A stretch of DNA of 64,000 nt from Gemmatimonadales bacterium (GTDB lineage: Bacteria > Gemmatimonadota > Gemmatimonadetes > Gemmatimonadales > GWC2-71-9). Positions 31,328 through 40,782 of the stretch are shown piece by piece (position 1 is the first letter of the stretch; every line of letters starts with the position of its first letter). The stretch is taken from NCBI GenBank assembly GCA_041577295.1, contig JBFGJG010000015.1:1-64000 (forward strand). The letters are read 5' to 3'. Under the pieces are notes generated by a model. It had not been told where the DNA came from. It ran no database searches and saw only the letters and a list, made by a program, of their open reading frames with translations. The position numbers and the translations under genes are program-made.

Positions 31328-32947
31328 CTACTCCCCCACCCCGAGTCCCCACCGGATCAAACTCACCGGAAGCGCTCCGTATTCAAGGATTTGCTCGTGA
31401 AAGCGCCGCAGCGAGAAATCTGCTCCCGCTGCCCGCCGATATGCATCCCGCAGAGACCGCAGCTCTCGTCGCCCAACTGCATAACAGAGTTGATACGCCG
31501 GCTCGGCACAGTAGCGCCGCACCTCTGCCTCGGCGTGCCCACGCTCGAAGTGCACGTGATCCATCAGCAACTGCACAGCGTCGTCGAAGCTCATGCCTCG
31601 AGTATGCAGACCAATGTCAGCGACAATGCGTACCGCGCGCCAGAGCAGTGCCAATCGTTGGAACAGCTCTTCCTCGAGTGATGAGTAGAAGCCTTCCTCG
31701 CCCATCATCTCTTCGCAATAGAGCGCCCAGCCTTCGATGGTGAGTGGCGTACCAATCACGCGTCGGATGACACTCGGTTGGTTCTGGGCCGTCACCAAAT
31801 GCAGGTGATGGCCCGGATATCCCTCGTGCAACGCCGTGGATGGAATTTCATAGATGCAGTGGTCCCGCAGGGCCCGCGCCGCCGCTTCAGGGTCATCCTT
31901 TCGCTCGGGCGGTGTGACATAAAACCACCCGCGGCGATCGCGCGAGAACGCGCCGGGTGGCTGATAGGCCGCAAACGGAATGATCGGACGCAGGAACGCC
32001 GGCGTGGGGAGCACGTCCAGGTCACCATCTGGGATAGGCGCAAGCCCGCGCTCCTCGACGAACCGGCGGGCCTCGCCCATGGCGCGCGCGTAGGCATCCA
32101 CCAGTCCGTCGGCCGCGGGATGATCGCCACGGAGACGGTCGATCAGATCCGGCCACGGGCATCCGCCGTCGATCCGGGCGGCGAGCTGCGTTAGATCGGC
32201 TTCGACTTCACGAACCAGCGCGGTTCCGTAGCGCCACAGCTCGTTGGCGTTGTCGCGTAACGCGTGCTGGAAGTGCAAACGGAAGTCGAACGCCTTTTCA
32301 CCGATCGCGTAGGACGTCTCCGCTTCGCCGTTGTTCGCGAGCCCGGGAAGGTCGTCGATAAACGATGACAAGGCCTCAGTGGCCGACCCTACGACTTCCG
32401 AAAACGTCGGATCGTCGGCGGGAGCCAAACGCTCACTGAGCTGGTGCACCAGGGCCAGGCCCGCGGTGGTCACCTGTACTGCTGTCTCGACAAACACCGG
32501 CGGGCACGGACCAAGCGTACTGCGCGCAGCATCGAGAAACCCCGGAACCCCTTGCAGCCGTGACTTCGCGGCATTGCTCAAGTGCTCCCGTGGTCGATCC
32601 CGCGCCACTAGGAGGACGTACAGTCCCTGAAGCAAGTGTGAGATCCAGAAGTCCGGGTTCTGGATGTGGGGACGCTCGTGCTCGAGCCGGTTGATGGTGA
32701 CACGAATGTCGCCCAGCAGGGCGGTGCGATCGATTTCGGCGTCGAGCGACTCGGGGTTGTGCTCCTCGATGGCCCCCGAGATCGATTTGAGAGCCGCGAG
32801 ATACCGCCGGACATCGTCAGCCGTGTAGGTCCCTAGACGCTCGTCATGCTCGGACAGACCGGCTTCGGAAGCTTCGACCGGGTCGATGTGCCACCTGAGA
32901 TCGAGGTACGAGCGAACCACCTCGTCGAGAGCGGTCTCCACGCTCAC
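31328..32947 (-). CDS. DUF885 family metallopeptidase-like protein
   Basis: HEGYPGHHL, EGWALYCE, RAVRIVAD.GLH and Q..Y.VG; GTGA overlap with the upstream gene. Confidence 0.9.
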   Translation of the reverse strand: MSVETALDEVVRSYLDLRWHIDPVEASEAGLSEHDERLGTYTADDVRRYLAALKSISGAIEEHNPESLDAEIDRTALLGDIRVTINRLEHERPHIQNPDFWISHLLQGLYVLLVARDRPREHLSNAAKSRLQGVPGFLDAARSTLGPCPPVFVETAVQVTTAGLALVHQLSERLAPADDPTFSEVVGSATEALSSFIDDLPGLANNGEAETSYAIGEKAFDFRLHFQHALRDNANELWRYGTALVREVEADLTQLAARIDGGCPWPDLIDRLRGDHPAADGLVDAYARAMGEARRFVEERGLAPIPDGDLDVLPTPAFLRPIIPFAAYQPPGAFSRDRRGWFYVTPPERKDDPEAAARALRDHCIYEIPSTALHEGYPGHHLHLVTAQNQPSVIRRVIGTPLTIEGWALYCEEMMGEEGFYSSLEEELFQRLALLWRAVRIVADIGLHTRGMSFDDAVQLLMDHVHFERGHAEAEVRRYCAEPAYQLCYAVGRRELRSLRDAYRRAAGADFSLRRFHEQILEYGALPVSLIRWGLGVGE

Positions 32948-34182
32948 CTGCCTGCGGTCGCCTCGGTGATCAGGCGACGACACTCGTCCTCACTGAGCAC
33001 GCGATCGGTCTCCTTGGCGGCAGCGAACAACCGTTGACAGACCGCTTCATCGTCCGGGTCGTACCCATGCGCCTGGAGCCACCACTTCACGTTGGACATC
33101 CCAGATACCGGCGAGATCTCGATCAGCTGCTGGGCACCGAACTGGCTCGCGGGGACGCTCGAGTACACCCGATCCGCGAGCCAGGAGTCTCCTTTGCGGA
33201 CGGCCTTGATGATGGCCGCCGCATGCACCCCGGTGCCGGTTCGGAACGCGTCAGTGCCCATGACCGGGTAGTTGGCCGGCAGCGGAACACCGATAGTACG
33301 GGCGGCAAGCTCACAGTATTCGCGCAACTTGGAGACATCGTGCTTGTGCGTCCCGAGCAGATGGAGATTCACGATTAGGAGATCCATCTCCGCATTGCCA
33401 ACCCGCTCGCCAACGCCCAGCGCGGTTGCGTGTACCCGATCGATGCCCGCTTCGATCGCGGCCAAGCAGTTGATCACGCCCAGCGCGCGATCTCGATGTC
33501 CATGCCAATCGAGCTTCACGTCCTCACCGGAGGGCGCTACGATCTCTTCCTTCATAAAGCGTACGAGCGCACGAACGCCACTTGGCGTCGCATGCCCCAC
33601 CGTGTCGGCGACACACAAGCGGCGCGCGCCCCAGCGGATTGCGTTGCCGTACAGCGCCTTCAACGTCTCCGGACGTGCCCTGGTGGTGTCCTCCGTCACG
33701 AACATCACCGGGAGTCCCTCGCCAACTGCGAAGGTTACTGCCTCTTCGCTGACTTTTAGCATGCGTTCGAGCGTCCAGTCCTCGGCGTACTGCCGGATGG
33801 GCGACGACCCGATGAACGTGGCCGCTTCGATTGGGATGCCGACCTCCTGCGAGATCTCGACGATGGGTCGAACGTCGGCTACGACCGTGCGCGCCGCGCA
33901 GTTCGGCTCGATTGGGAGTTTGGCACTCACGATCTCGTGCGCCAACGCACGCACCGATTCGACCACATGCGGTCCGGCGCCCGGCAAGCCGATGTCAGCC
34001 GCGACGATTCCGAGGTCGGCCATCAGATGCAAAAACTTGCGCTTGACGTCTATCGAGGGATCGATTGCAGAAGGGGATTGCAGGCCATCACGCAGCGTCT
34101 CGTCGTTCAGGTCTACCTTGGCGGTGGCCCAGTCGAAATCGGAGACGGCGTTCCAGTCATGTATGAGGTCGGCTTCCTTCAT
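32944..34182 (-). CDS. DRE-TIM metallolyase, LeuA/homocitrate synthase family, lacking the regulatory domain
   Basis: DETLRDGLQ, EDTTR, ADTVG, HGHRD and GERVGNA; 412 aa with no C-terminal allosteric domain. Confidence 0.9.
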   Translation of the reverse strand: MKEADLIHDWNAVSDFDWATAKVDLNDETLRDGLQSPSAIDPSIDVKRKFLHLMADLGIVAADIGLPGAGPHVVESVRALAHEIVSAKLPIEPNCAARTVVADVRPIVEISQEVGIPIEAATFIGSSPIRQYAEDWTLERMLKVSEEAVTFAVGEGLPVMFVTEDTTRARPETLKALYGNAIRWGARRLCVADTVGHATPSGVRALVRFMKEEIVAPSGEDVKLDWHGHRDRALGVINCLAAIEAGIDRVHATALGVGERVGNAEMDLLIVNLHLLGTHKHDVSKLREYCELAARTIGVPLPANYPVMGTDAFRTGTGVHAAAIIKAVRKGDSWLADRVYSSVPASQFGAQQLIEISPVSGMSNVKWWLQAHGYDPDDEAVCQRLFAAAKETDRVLSEDECRRLITEATAGR

Positions 34183-34213
34183 GCCGAAGGATGCCCGGGA
34201 CAGGTGGCGGGAG

Positions 34214-34681
34214 TCAAGGCACTAGAAGCTCTGGTATCACCATCCAGCACACGGACCAATCCCCTTGTCCGCCCCGCTCGAGACACACGATTCCTCCCGG
34301 ACGGAAGGTGAGGACCGAGGCGTCGGGATCTCCGGTGAGCAGGAGCGAAGCCAACCGTGCAAGATGCGGAAGGTGGCCCACCAACATGAGCGTGCGGTCG
34401 TCCCCCTTCAGCCGCTGGCGCCAGATCGAGGCGTCCGCATCGGGAGCCAGGCCGTCGGCCTCGCCGACACCGGTCGGCGGTGCCAGCCGATCAGCGATCA
34501 ACTCCGCCGTCTGTCGCGCACGCGTCTTTCCGCTATGGAGGATCCGGTCAATCGGAAGTAGCCGGCTGGGCAGCGCGTCGAGCACCATTCTTACGTCAGA
34601 TATTCCCTTGTCCGTCAAGGGACGGTCCGGATGCTCTTCCTTCGAAGCCGCTTCGCCGTGTTGTACGAGGTAGAGCTGCAT
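34214..34681 (-). CDS. sixA: Phosphohistidine phosphatase SixA
   Basis: LYLVQHGEA, RPLT..G, HSGKTRARQTA and LVGHLP. Confidence 0.9.
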   Translation of the reverse strand: MQLYLVQHGEAASKEEHPDRPLTDKGISDVRMVLDALPSRLLPIDRILHSGKTRARQTAELIADRLAPPTGVGEADGLAPDADASIWRQRLKGDDRTLMLVGHLPHLARLASLLLTGDPDASVLTFRPGGIVCLERGGQGDWSVCWMVIPELLVP

Positions 34682-34686
34682 GACCG

Positions 34687-35670
34687 CTATGGTGCGGGTG
34701 CGGTTTCGTCTTTCGCCACAACCATGTTGTGCAGCTGTTGGTTTTGCACGCGTGCGTCGTCGCCAATCATGCTATGCTCCACCTTTGAGCCGGCAACTTG
34801 CGCATTCCGTCCCACAATGACGTCACGCAATGTGCTTTTTTCAATCACCGCACCCTCGTCGATCGACACATTAGGACCAATCGTCGACGAGCGAAGTGTC
34901 ACCCCGGAAGCCACGTACACCGGGTCGATGATCGTGACGTCGCCATCCGTTGATGGGCGTTTGGCGTGACCAGTGTCGAGCAAGTGCCTGTTGGTGGAAA
35001 GGACCGTCTCGACTTTTCCGCAATCGTACCAACCTGCGACCTCTGCGGTCAGCAGTTTCTTGCCGTGGTCAATCATGTACTGGAACGCGTCCGTGAGAAA
35101 CCACTCGCCCTTCAGCTTGGGGCGCGTCAGCGCCCAATCGATTCCCTGATAGAGCGACTCCCAGTCGCTGATGTAGTAGAGCCCGATGTTGGCGAGTCGT
35201 GAGATCGGTTGGGCGGGTTTCTCGACGATCCGCTCCATATAGCCGCCTCGGTCGGTGACCACGACACCAAATCGCTGATAGTCCTCGACCTCTTTGACCC
35301 AGATGATCCCATCAGCCTTGCTATGCGTGATGATGGAGAGATCGGCGTCGAATACGGTATCAACGAACACGATGAGCACGGGCCCGTCCACGTAGGGGCG
35401 CGCAAGGTTTACGGCCCCGGCCGTCCCATCCTGCACAGCTTGTTCGACAAAACGGGCCGGGAGATCGTAGGCGCGTCGAACGTATGCCTCGACCTTGTCC
35501 TTCAAGTGCCCCGTAATGAAAATGAGCTCCTCGACATTCAACCCAGCGAGCTTGTCGATGACGTAATCGAGCACCGGTCGGCCGGCCACTCGGATGAGAG
35601 GCTTGGGGACATGTTTGGTGATCGGTAGGAGACGCGTGCCTTTGCCCGCGACGGGAAGAATGACCTTCAT
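34687..35670 (-). CDS. Sugar-phosphate nucleotidyltransferase with left-handed beta-helix tail
   Basis: PVAGKGTRL.P.T...PKPL, VEKP, W.DCG and a hexapeptide-repeat C-terminus. Confidence 0.92.
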   Translation of the reverse strand: MKVILPVAGKGTRLLPITKHVPKPLIRVAGRPVLDYVIDKLAGLNVEELIFITGHLKDKVEAYVRRAYDLPARFVEQAVQDGTAGAVNLARPYVDGPVLIVFVDTVFDADLSIITHSKADGIIWVKEVEDYQRFGVVVTDRGGYMERIVEKPAQPISRLANIGLYYISDWESLYQGIDWALTRPKLKGEWFLTDAFQYMIDHGKKLLTAEVAGWYDCGKVETVLSTNRHLLDTGHAKRPSTDGDVTIIDPVYVASGVTLRSSTIGPNVSIDEGAVIEKSTLRDVIVGRNAQVAGSKVEHSMIGDDARVQNQQLHNMVVAKDETAPAP

Positions 35671-35673
35671 CGG

Positions 35674-36036
35674 CTACACCCGACCATAGCGATCCTCCAG
35701 TCTCACGACGTCCTCGATCTCCGGCGTCGATACTTCGAGGAGGTCACTCGTTTCAATGGCTTCCATCTGATGCACCGTGAGCGGCCGGACATGATAGCTC
35801 TCGCCCTCTCGCATCGTCCGCTCGACTAACTCGTCGTTCTCCTTGACCCGAAAGATGATTTTGCCTCTGAGCACATGAATAGTCTCGTCCTTCCGCTCGT
35901 GGTACTGCAAGCTCAACAGGTGACCTGCTTCAATGTGGAGAATCTTCCCGACGTAGCGATCCGTGAGAGCCCAAATGAGCTCATGACCCCACGGCTTCTC
36001 CACTCGGTACGGCACGCTCGCAATCTCACGTGTCAT
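35674..36036 (-). CDS. Cupin (phosphomannose isomerase type II C-terminal-like)
   Basis: VEKPWG, LSLQYH..KDE and EVSTP...DVVRLEDRYGR. Confidence 0.9.
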   Translation of the reverse strand: MTREIASVPYRVEKPWGHELIWALTDRYVGKILHIEAGHLLSLQYHERKDETIHVLRGKIIFRVKENDELVERTMREGESYHVRPLTVHQMEAIETSDLLEVSTPEIEDVVRLEDRYGRV

Positions 36037-36052
36037 CTTCTGCCTCTCCTGC

Positions 36053-36655
36053 CTAGCCCGCCATCTCCAGGTGAAGCTTTAACGATGGGGGGCTCGTAAC
36101 ACATGCCTTCACACAGACACCGCAGCCCACACAGCCTTCGGCGATAATGACCGGGCGTCCTTGCGCGTCCAGGGTGAGGGCCTCTTCTCCCAGCGGGCAT
36201 GCCCGCGCACAGACGCCGCATTCAACACCGTCGAACGCGATACAGCGCTCCGGCACGAGCTCCAGCGTAGCGAGTCGATACCCCTGCCACCGTTCAGGCG
36301 GAACCTGTAACGCACCGGTGGGGCACGCCGCGGCGCACGGCATATCAGGGCAAACGGTGCACGGCTGCACCGTGGGATCGATGATCGGGGTCCCCACCGC
36401 GAAGCCAGCACCTGTCGGAGCTTTGACGATGGCTGCCGGCGGACAAACTGAGATGCAGTCTCCGCACCGAGTACACGCCGCCAAGAACGGTAGCTCATCC
36501 AGCGCCCCGGGCGGCCGGAAGTAGACCTTTGGCGCCACCCGTCGTTCGGTACGGCGCGCCACCTCCTGCGCCAGCCGCCCGACCGTTTCCCGAAAGAACG
36601 CTCGGCGGTCTCCCCCGTCTCCGGTCAAAAAATGGTTGCTGCCCTCCCTCGCCAT
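36053..36655 (-). CDS. NapG/MauM-like polyferredoxin (multiple 4Fe-4S)
   Basis: RPPGA..E..F...CTRCGDC...CP plus further Cys clusters; GAGGAG RBS before ATG 36655. Confidence 0.88.
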   Translation of the reverse strand: MAREGSNHFLTGDGGDRRAFFRETVGRLAQEVARRTERRVAPKVYFRPPGALDELPFLAACTRCGDCISVCPPAAIVKAPTGAGFAVGTPIIDPTVQPCTVCPDMPCAAACPTGALQVPPERWQGYRLATLELVPERCIAFDGVECGVCARACPLGEEALTLDAQGRPVIIAEGCVGCGVCVKACVTSPPSLKLHLEMAG

Positions 36656-36865
36656 TGCTCTCCTCTCGCCGGCGCACACGGAGCGACGGCCGTAAGCTAG
36701 CGGAGCCGAGACCCGGGGAGCAAACGCGTTTCGTACCCAATCGGCACCACGGAGCACGAATACGATTGCTGTAACCTCTGGCGGTCGAGCGGCATCGTCG
36801 TGATGGGCTTCCTCGGTATGCGGGCTGTTACCGCAATCCGCCCGCTACTGCGTAGCTGACCGCGC

Positions 36866-38149
36866 TCACTGCTTTATCGGCGCGCTGGCTGCCACGACCC
36901 GGTCCCGACCCGCTGCTTTCCCAGCGTAGAGACGCTGGTCGGCCGCGTGCACCAATGCGTCAATGTCCGTGGCGTCATCGGGAAAGGTTGCGAGCCCGAT
37001 CGTGACCGTCATGGGCGTCCAGGATGCCTCTGACCTCTTGCACGCAGCGGCGAGGCGATCGCGGATGCGTTCGGCCAGCAGGCGCGCCGACGGGCGGTCG
37101 GTGTGTGGCAAGACGGCAGCGAACTCTTCGCCGCCGAAGCGGGCCACCACATCGGCGCCGCGTACCGATTCCTGGAGCACCTTGGCGAGGAATTGGATGG
37201 CGCGATCTCCTTCCTGATGTCCCCATTGGTCGTTGATGGCCTTGAACCGATCGGCGTCGATCAACAGCAAGCTCGTTGGGGTCTCATAACGATGCGCTCG
37301 CTCCAACTCGGTCTTCAGATAGCTGTCGAGGTATCGCCGGTTGAATAGACCGGTGAGTGAATCACGAATCGCCTGTTGCAGGGCGCGCTCGTATCGCTGG
37401 CGGTACGTGAGGGCGCCAAACACGTCCATCACTCCCACCTCACCCTGATGATCCTCGGATGGGGGCTCGATATAGTGGATGTAGAATGTGAGGAACCCGG
37501 TGTAGAGCGCAGCCGCGATTGCCTTTCCAACGAACCCGGACAACAGCATGTCACCAAAGCCGGGCTGGCCCAAAAAGGCGCCGGTTGTGAACAAAACCGT
37601 ATCCAAGGCCAAGACCAGCACCATGCTCACGAAGAGCCGGGCGGCCAACGGACGGGTGATCACGCGGCTCACCGCCTCGAAGACCAAGATGACGGCGACA
37701 ACGTCGATGAACAGCACTACCGTCCCCACCATCATGATCCGGGGATTCTGGAGAAAGAGCTCTCTGGGAAGCGCGTAGGGATTGGCCGCGCCCGGAGCGG
37801 CGATGTGTAACCCAACCAGGAGCGAGAGCAGACTCAACGCGACATTGGCCAGCAACAGTCCATAGATGAGCTTGCGAGCCTCGAGAGCGTCCTCCTCGAT
37901 GTAGATCAGCAACACGGCAAAGAGGCCGGCGGTGAACAGCACGCTGGAGCCCGGGCTGACCGAGATGCCCGGCGCGATCTCGACGTAGACGGAGAGTGCA
38001 AGAACGACCTGGAGGTACTGGAAGGTCCCAACCGCGACCGCTAAGGGTATGAGACCCAAGCGGCCGCGAAGATGGTACAGCAGCAACAAAACCCCCGAGA
38101 CCAGAGTCGTCTCGGCAGCGAGGAGGGCGAGGTGATAGACGTAAGGCAT
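36866..38149 (-). CDS. Diguanylate cyclase with multi-TM N-terminal (VUT/YhhQ-like) domain
   Basis: DSLTGLFNRR, DADRFK.IND..GH..GD, RGAD I-site and GGEEF; about 7 N-terminal TM helices. Confidence 0.9.
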   Translation of the reverse strand: MPYVYHLALLAAETTLVSGVLLLLYHLRGRLGLIPLAVAVGTFQYLQVVLALSVYVEIAPGISVSPGSSVLFTAGLFAVLLIYIEEDALEARKLIYGLLLANVALSLLSLLVGLHIAAPGAANPYALPRELFLQNPRIMMVGTVVLFIDVVAVILVFEAVSRVITRPLAARLFVSMVLVLALDTVLFTTGAFLGQPGFGDMLLSGFVGKAIAAALYTGFLTFYIHYIEPPSEDHQGEVGVMDVFGALTYRQRYERALQQAIRDSLTGLFNRRYLDSYLKTELERAHRYETPTSLLLIDADRFKAINDQWGHQEGDRAIQFLAKVLQESVRGADVVARFGGEEFAAVLPHTDRPSARLLAERIRDRLAAACKRSEASWTPMTVTIGLATFPDDATDIDALVHAADQRLYAGKAAGRDRVVAASAPIKQ

Positions 38150-38177
38150 CCACCGGTCCGATTATCTTTCGTAGCAA

Positions 38178-39161
38178 ATGTCGATTCGCGGAGGGCTCAC
38201 GCCAACCCCATCCTACCGGCCCGCGTACAGCTACCTCTCACGTAGCGAATGGACGGAACGTGTCGAGCGGGCCCTGTCATCGCTCGTCGATTGTCGCGCG
38301 TGCCCTCGTGATTGCGGTGTGAATCGGCTGGAGGACCGCTGGGCCGCTTGCAAAACCGGCCGCTACGCCGTCGTCGGCAGCTACTTCGCTCACTTCGGTG
38401 AAGAGGATTGCCTGCGAGGTTGGCACGGTTCGGGCACGATCTTCTTCTCGCACTGCAACCTGCGATGCGTCTTTTGCCAGAACTTCGATATCAGCCAAGC
38501 GGTGCGTCCGGGAGCAGCGGTCACGGGTTCTCCCCCAGATGAAATGGCCGGGATGATGCTCTCACTCCAGCACGAGGGGTGTCACAACATCAACTTCGTC
38601 ACGCCCGAACACGTGGTCCCGCAGGTCATTGAGGCACTGGCGGTCGCCGTGGGGCGGGGTCTTCGCTTACCAGTGGTTTACAACACGAGTGCCTACGACG
38701 CGCTCGAGAGCATCGAGCTGCTCGACGGCCTCGTCGACATCTACATGCCGGACTTCAAATACTGGTCAATCGCGAGAAGCAAGACGTACATGAAGGCCGC
38801 GGACTATCCGGATGCGGCTCGTGCCGCCATCCAGCGGATGCATGACCAGGTGGGTCCGTTGGTGCTCGGCGCAGATGGGTTAGCGGTTCGTGGGCTGCTG
38901 GTGCGGCATTTGGTCATGCCGGGGTGCCTCGACGAGACGCGGGCGATTCTCGAGTGGATTGCAACCAATCTCGGACCAGATACGTACGTCAACATCATGG
39001 ACCAGTACTACCCCGCGGGTCGGGTGGATGCATCGCACTATCCGGAGATCAATCGCCAGTTGGCTCGAGAGGAGTTTGCAGACGCTCTCTCGATTGCGCG
39101 AGAGTTGGGTCTCACCCGACTCGACACGCGTGCTGCCCAGCGAGTGCGACTGGTCGTTTAA
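38178..39161 (+). CDS. Radical SAM protein, PflX-like
   Basis: CRACPRDC, HFGEE, CNLRCVFCQN (CxxxCxxC), NINFVTP, YMPDFK and RHLVMPG. Confidence 0.9.
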   Translation: MSIRGGLTPTPSYRPAYSYLSRSEWTERVERALSSLVDCRACPRDCGVNRLEDRWAACKTGRYAVVGSYFAHFGEEDCLRGWHGSGTIFFSHCNLRCVFCQNFDISQAVRPGAAVTGSPPDEMAGMMLSLQHEGCHNINFVTPEHVVPQVIEALAVAVGRGLRLPVVYNTSAYDALESIELLDGLVDIYMPDFKYWSIARSKTYMKAADYPDAARAAIQRMHDQVGPLVLGADGLAVRGLLVRHLVMPGCLDETRAILEWIATNLGPDTYVNIMDQYYPAGRVDASHYPEINRQLAREEFADALSIARELGLTRLDTRAAQRVRLVV

Positions 39162-39192
39162 CAGCTCTTCACCGGTTAATATCCCCACCGCC

Positions 39193-40008
39193 ATGCCGTT
39201 GTTCTTACTTGCGATCGTCGCCCAGCTTCAGATTCCCGCACCCGTTGGATTCGTCAACGACTTTGCCGGGATCGTCGATCCGGAGTCAGGCCGCGCGATG
39301 GAAGCAGTGATCGAAGAAGTTCGACAAAAGTCAGGCGGGGAGATCGTTGTGGTCACCTTAGCCGATCTCGACGGTCGGGCGCCAGTCGATGTTGCCACGG
39401 AGATTGGCAGGCAGTGGGGAGTGGGAGCGCGTGGGGGGCCGGGAGACCGCGCACGGAACGCCGGAGTCATCGTGCTGCTGAAACCTGGTGAGCGACCGGG
39501 CGACGGCAGTGCCGACCTGTTCATCGCAACCGGTTACGGGGCCGAGGGATTCATACCGGATGCCCGCGCGGGGCGGATCCGCGATGCCATCGGACAGGTA
39601 GCCGTTGAGAACGACAGTTACGCAGCGGGACTCGTGGCCGGCGTGTGGCTGCTCGCGCAAGCTTACGCCGAGGAGTTTGCTTTTGAACTCACCGGCCGCC
39701 CCGCCGTGCGGGTGCCTGACGTCGGTGGACGGGGCTCGGGGGGTGGCTCGGCCGTGGTTGCGCTGATTCTGGTCATCGTGATTCTCGCGCTGCTGGCAGG
39801 CGGTGGCGGCGGTGGCCGTGGCCGGCGACGTCGCCGCTACCACGACAACGCGCTGGCGTGGATGCTTCTGGGCACGTTGATGGGCGGTGGGCGGCGCGGA
39901 GGCGGTTGGGGTGGTGGATGGGGCGGTGGTGGGTTTGGTGGCGGCGGTTTCGGAGGGTTCGGCGGCGGCGGTGGGTTTGGAGGTGGTGGCGCCGGAGGGA
40001 GATTTTAG
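39193..40008 (+). CDS. TPM-domain (YgcG-like) membrane protein with Gly-rich tail
   Basis: GFVNDFAG, EIVVVT, WGVG, IATGYGAEGFIPD, a TM helix and a GGFGGFGGG tail. Confidence 0.9.
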   Translation: MPLFLLAIVAQLQIPAPVGFVNDFAGIVDPESGRAMEAVIEEVRQKSGGEIVVVTLADLDGRAPVDVATEIGRQWGVGARGGPGDRARNAGVIVLLKPGERPGDGSADLFIATGYGAEGFIPDARAGRIRDAIGQVAVENDSYAAGLVAGVWLLAQAYAEEFAFELTGRPAVRVPDVGGRGSGGGSAVVALILVIVILALLAGGGGGGRGRRRRRYHDNALAWMLLGTLMGGGRRGGGWGGGWGGGGFGGGGFGGFGGGGGFGGGGAGGRF

Positions 40009-40743
40009 ATGGCACGCGACAATACAGCTCGAGTGAACGAGTTCGCCGCCCAACTCGAGCGAATACTGGGCCCCAACGTATTGGCCATGGCGCAATACGG
40101 CGAGGCGGTACGCGGAGAACTGCCTCACGGCGATCTGCCGCTGAACCTTTTGATCATCCTGCGAGATGCGGCGCCTGCCGCGCTCCGACCGGTCAGCAAG
40201 GTCATAGCGGACTGGGTGCGTGCCGGGAATCCGGCGCCACTCATTTTTTCCGAGACTGAGTGGCGGGATTCCACGGATGTCTTTCCCATTGAAATCGAGG
40301 ACATGCGCGAAGCCCACCGACTGGTGCACGGCGAGGACCCGTTCACCGGGCTCACAACGACACTGCGGGATTTGCGTCAGGAGCTCGAGCGTGAGTTGCG
40401 TGGAAAGCTCCTTCAGCTCCGAGCTGAGTTCGCGGCCGTCGAAGCAGATGCGCAAGCGCTGACGAATCTGATCGGTGCGTCTGCGCTGACGTTCTTGATC
40501 TTGTTCCGCGCCCTGTTGCGATTGCGGGGTACGACACCCCCAGCAACGGCGGCTGACGTCATGCACTCGACCGCGGAGCTCACGGGGTTCGATGCCGCCG
40601 CGTTTGACTGGGCCCTCGCGAAGCTCACCCGTCGGAAAGCACCGCGGCTCGCTCCGTACGATCCCATTGCGGTGCACTACGTAGCGGCGATCGAAGCGGT
40701 CACGCACTATGTCAATGCGGCAGCCGAGATCGATGATGGTTAA
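40009..40743 (+). CDS. Nucleotidyltransferase-fold protein (degenerate active site)
   Basis: YGEAVRGE..NLLIIL, DVFPIE and LRQELERELRGKL; lies between the TPM and LemA genes. Confidence 0.7.
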   Translation: MARDNTARVNEFAAQLERILGPNVLAMAQYGEAVRGELPHGDLPLNLLIILRDAAPAALRPVSKVIADWVRAGNPAPLIFSETEWRDSTDVFPIEIEDMREAHRLVHGEDPFTGLTTTLRDLRQELERELRGKLLQLRAEFAAVEADAQALTNLIGASALTFLILFRALLRLRGTTPPATAADVMHSTAELTGFDAAAFDWALAKLTRRKAPRLAPYDPIAVHYVAAIEAVTHYVNAAAEIDDG

Positions 40744-40782
40744 TCTGAGACACGTATTCTCACCATGACTGTGGAGATTTTC

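Noticed and set aside
39885..40000. G-rich GGC/GGT repeats (possible G-quadruplex or tandem repeat)
   Set aside because: They are explained by the Gly-rich C-terminal tail typical of TPM/YgcG proteins.
39358..40707. 449-aa minus-strand ORF with TA/KPT repeats
   Set aside because: It is the antisense reading of the TPM Gly-rich tail and the NTase gene.
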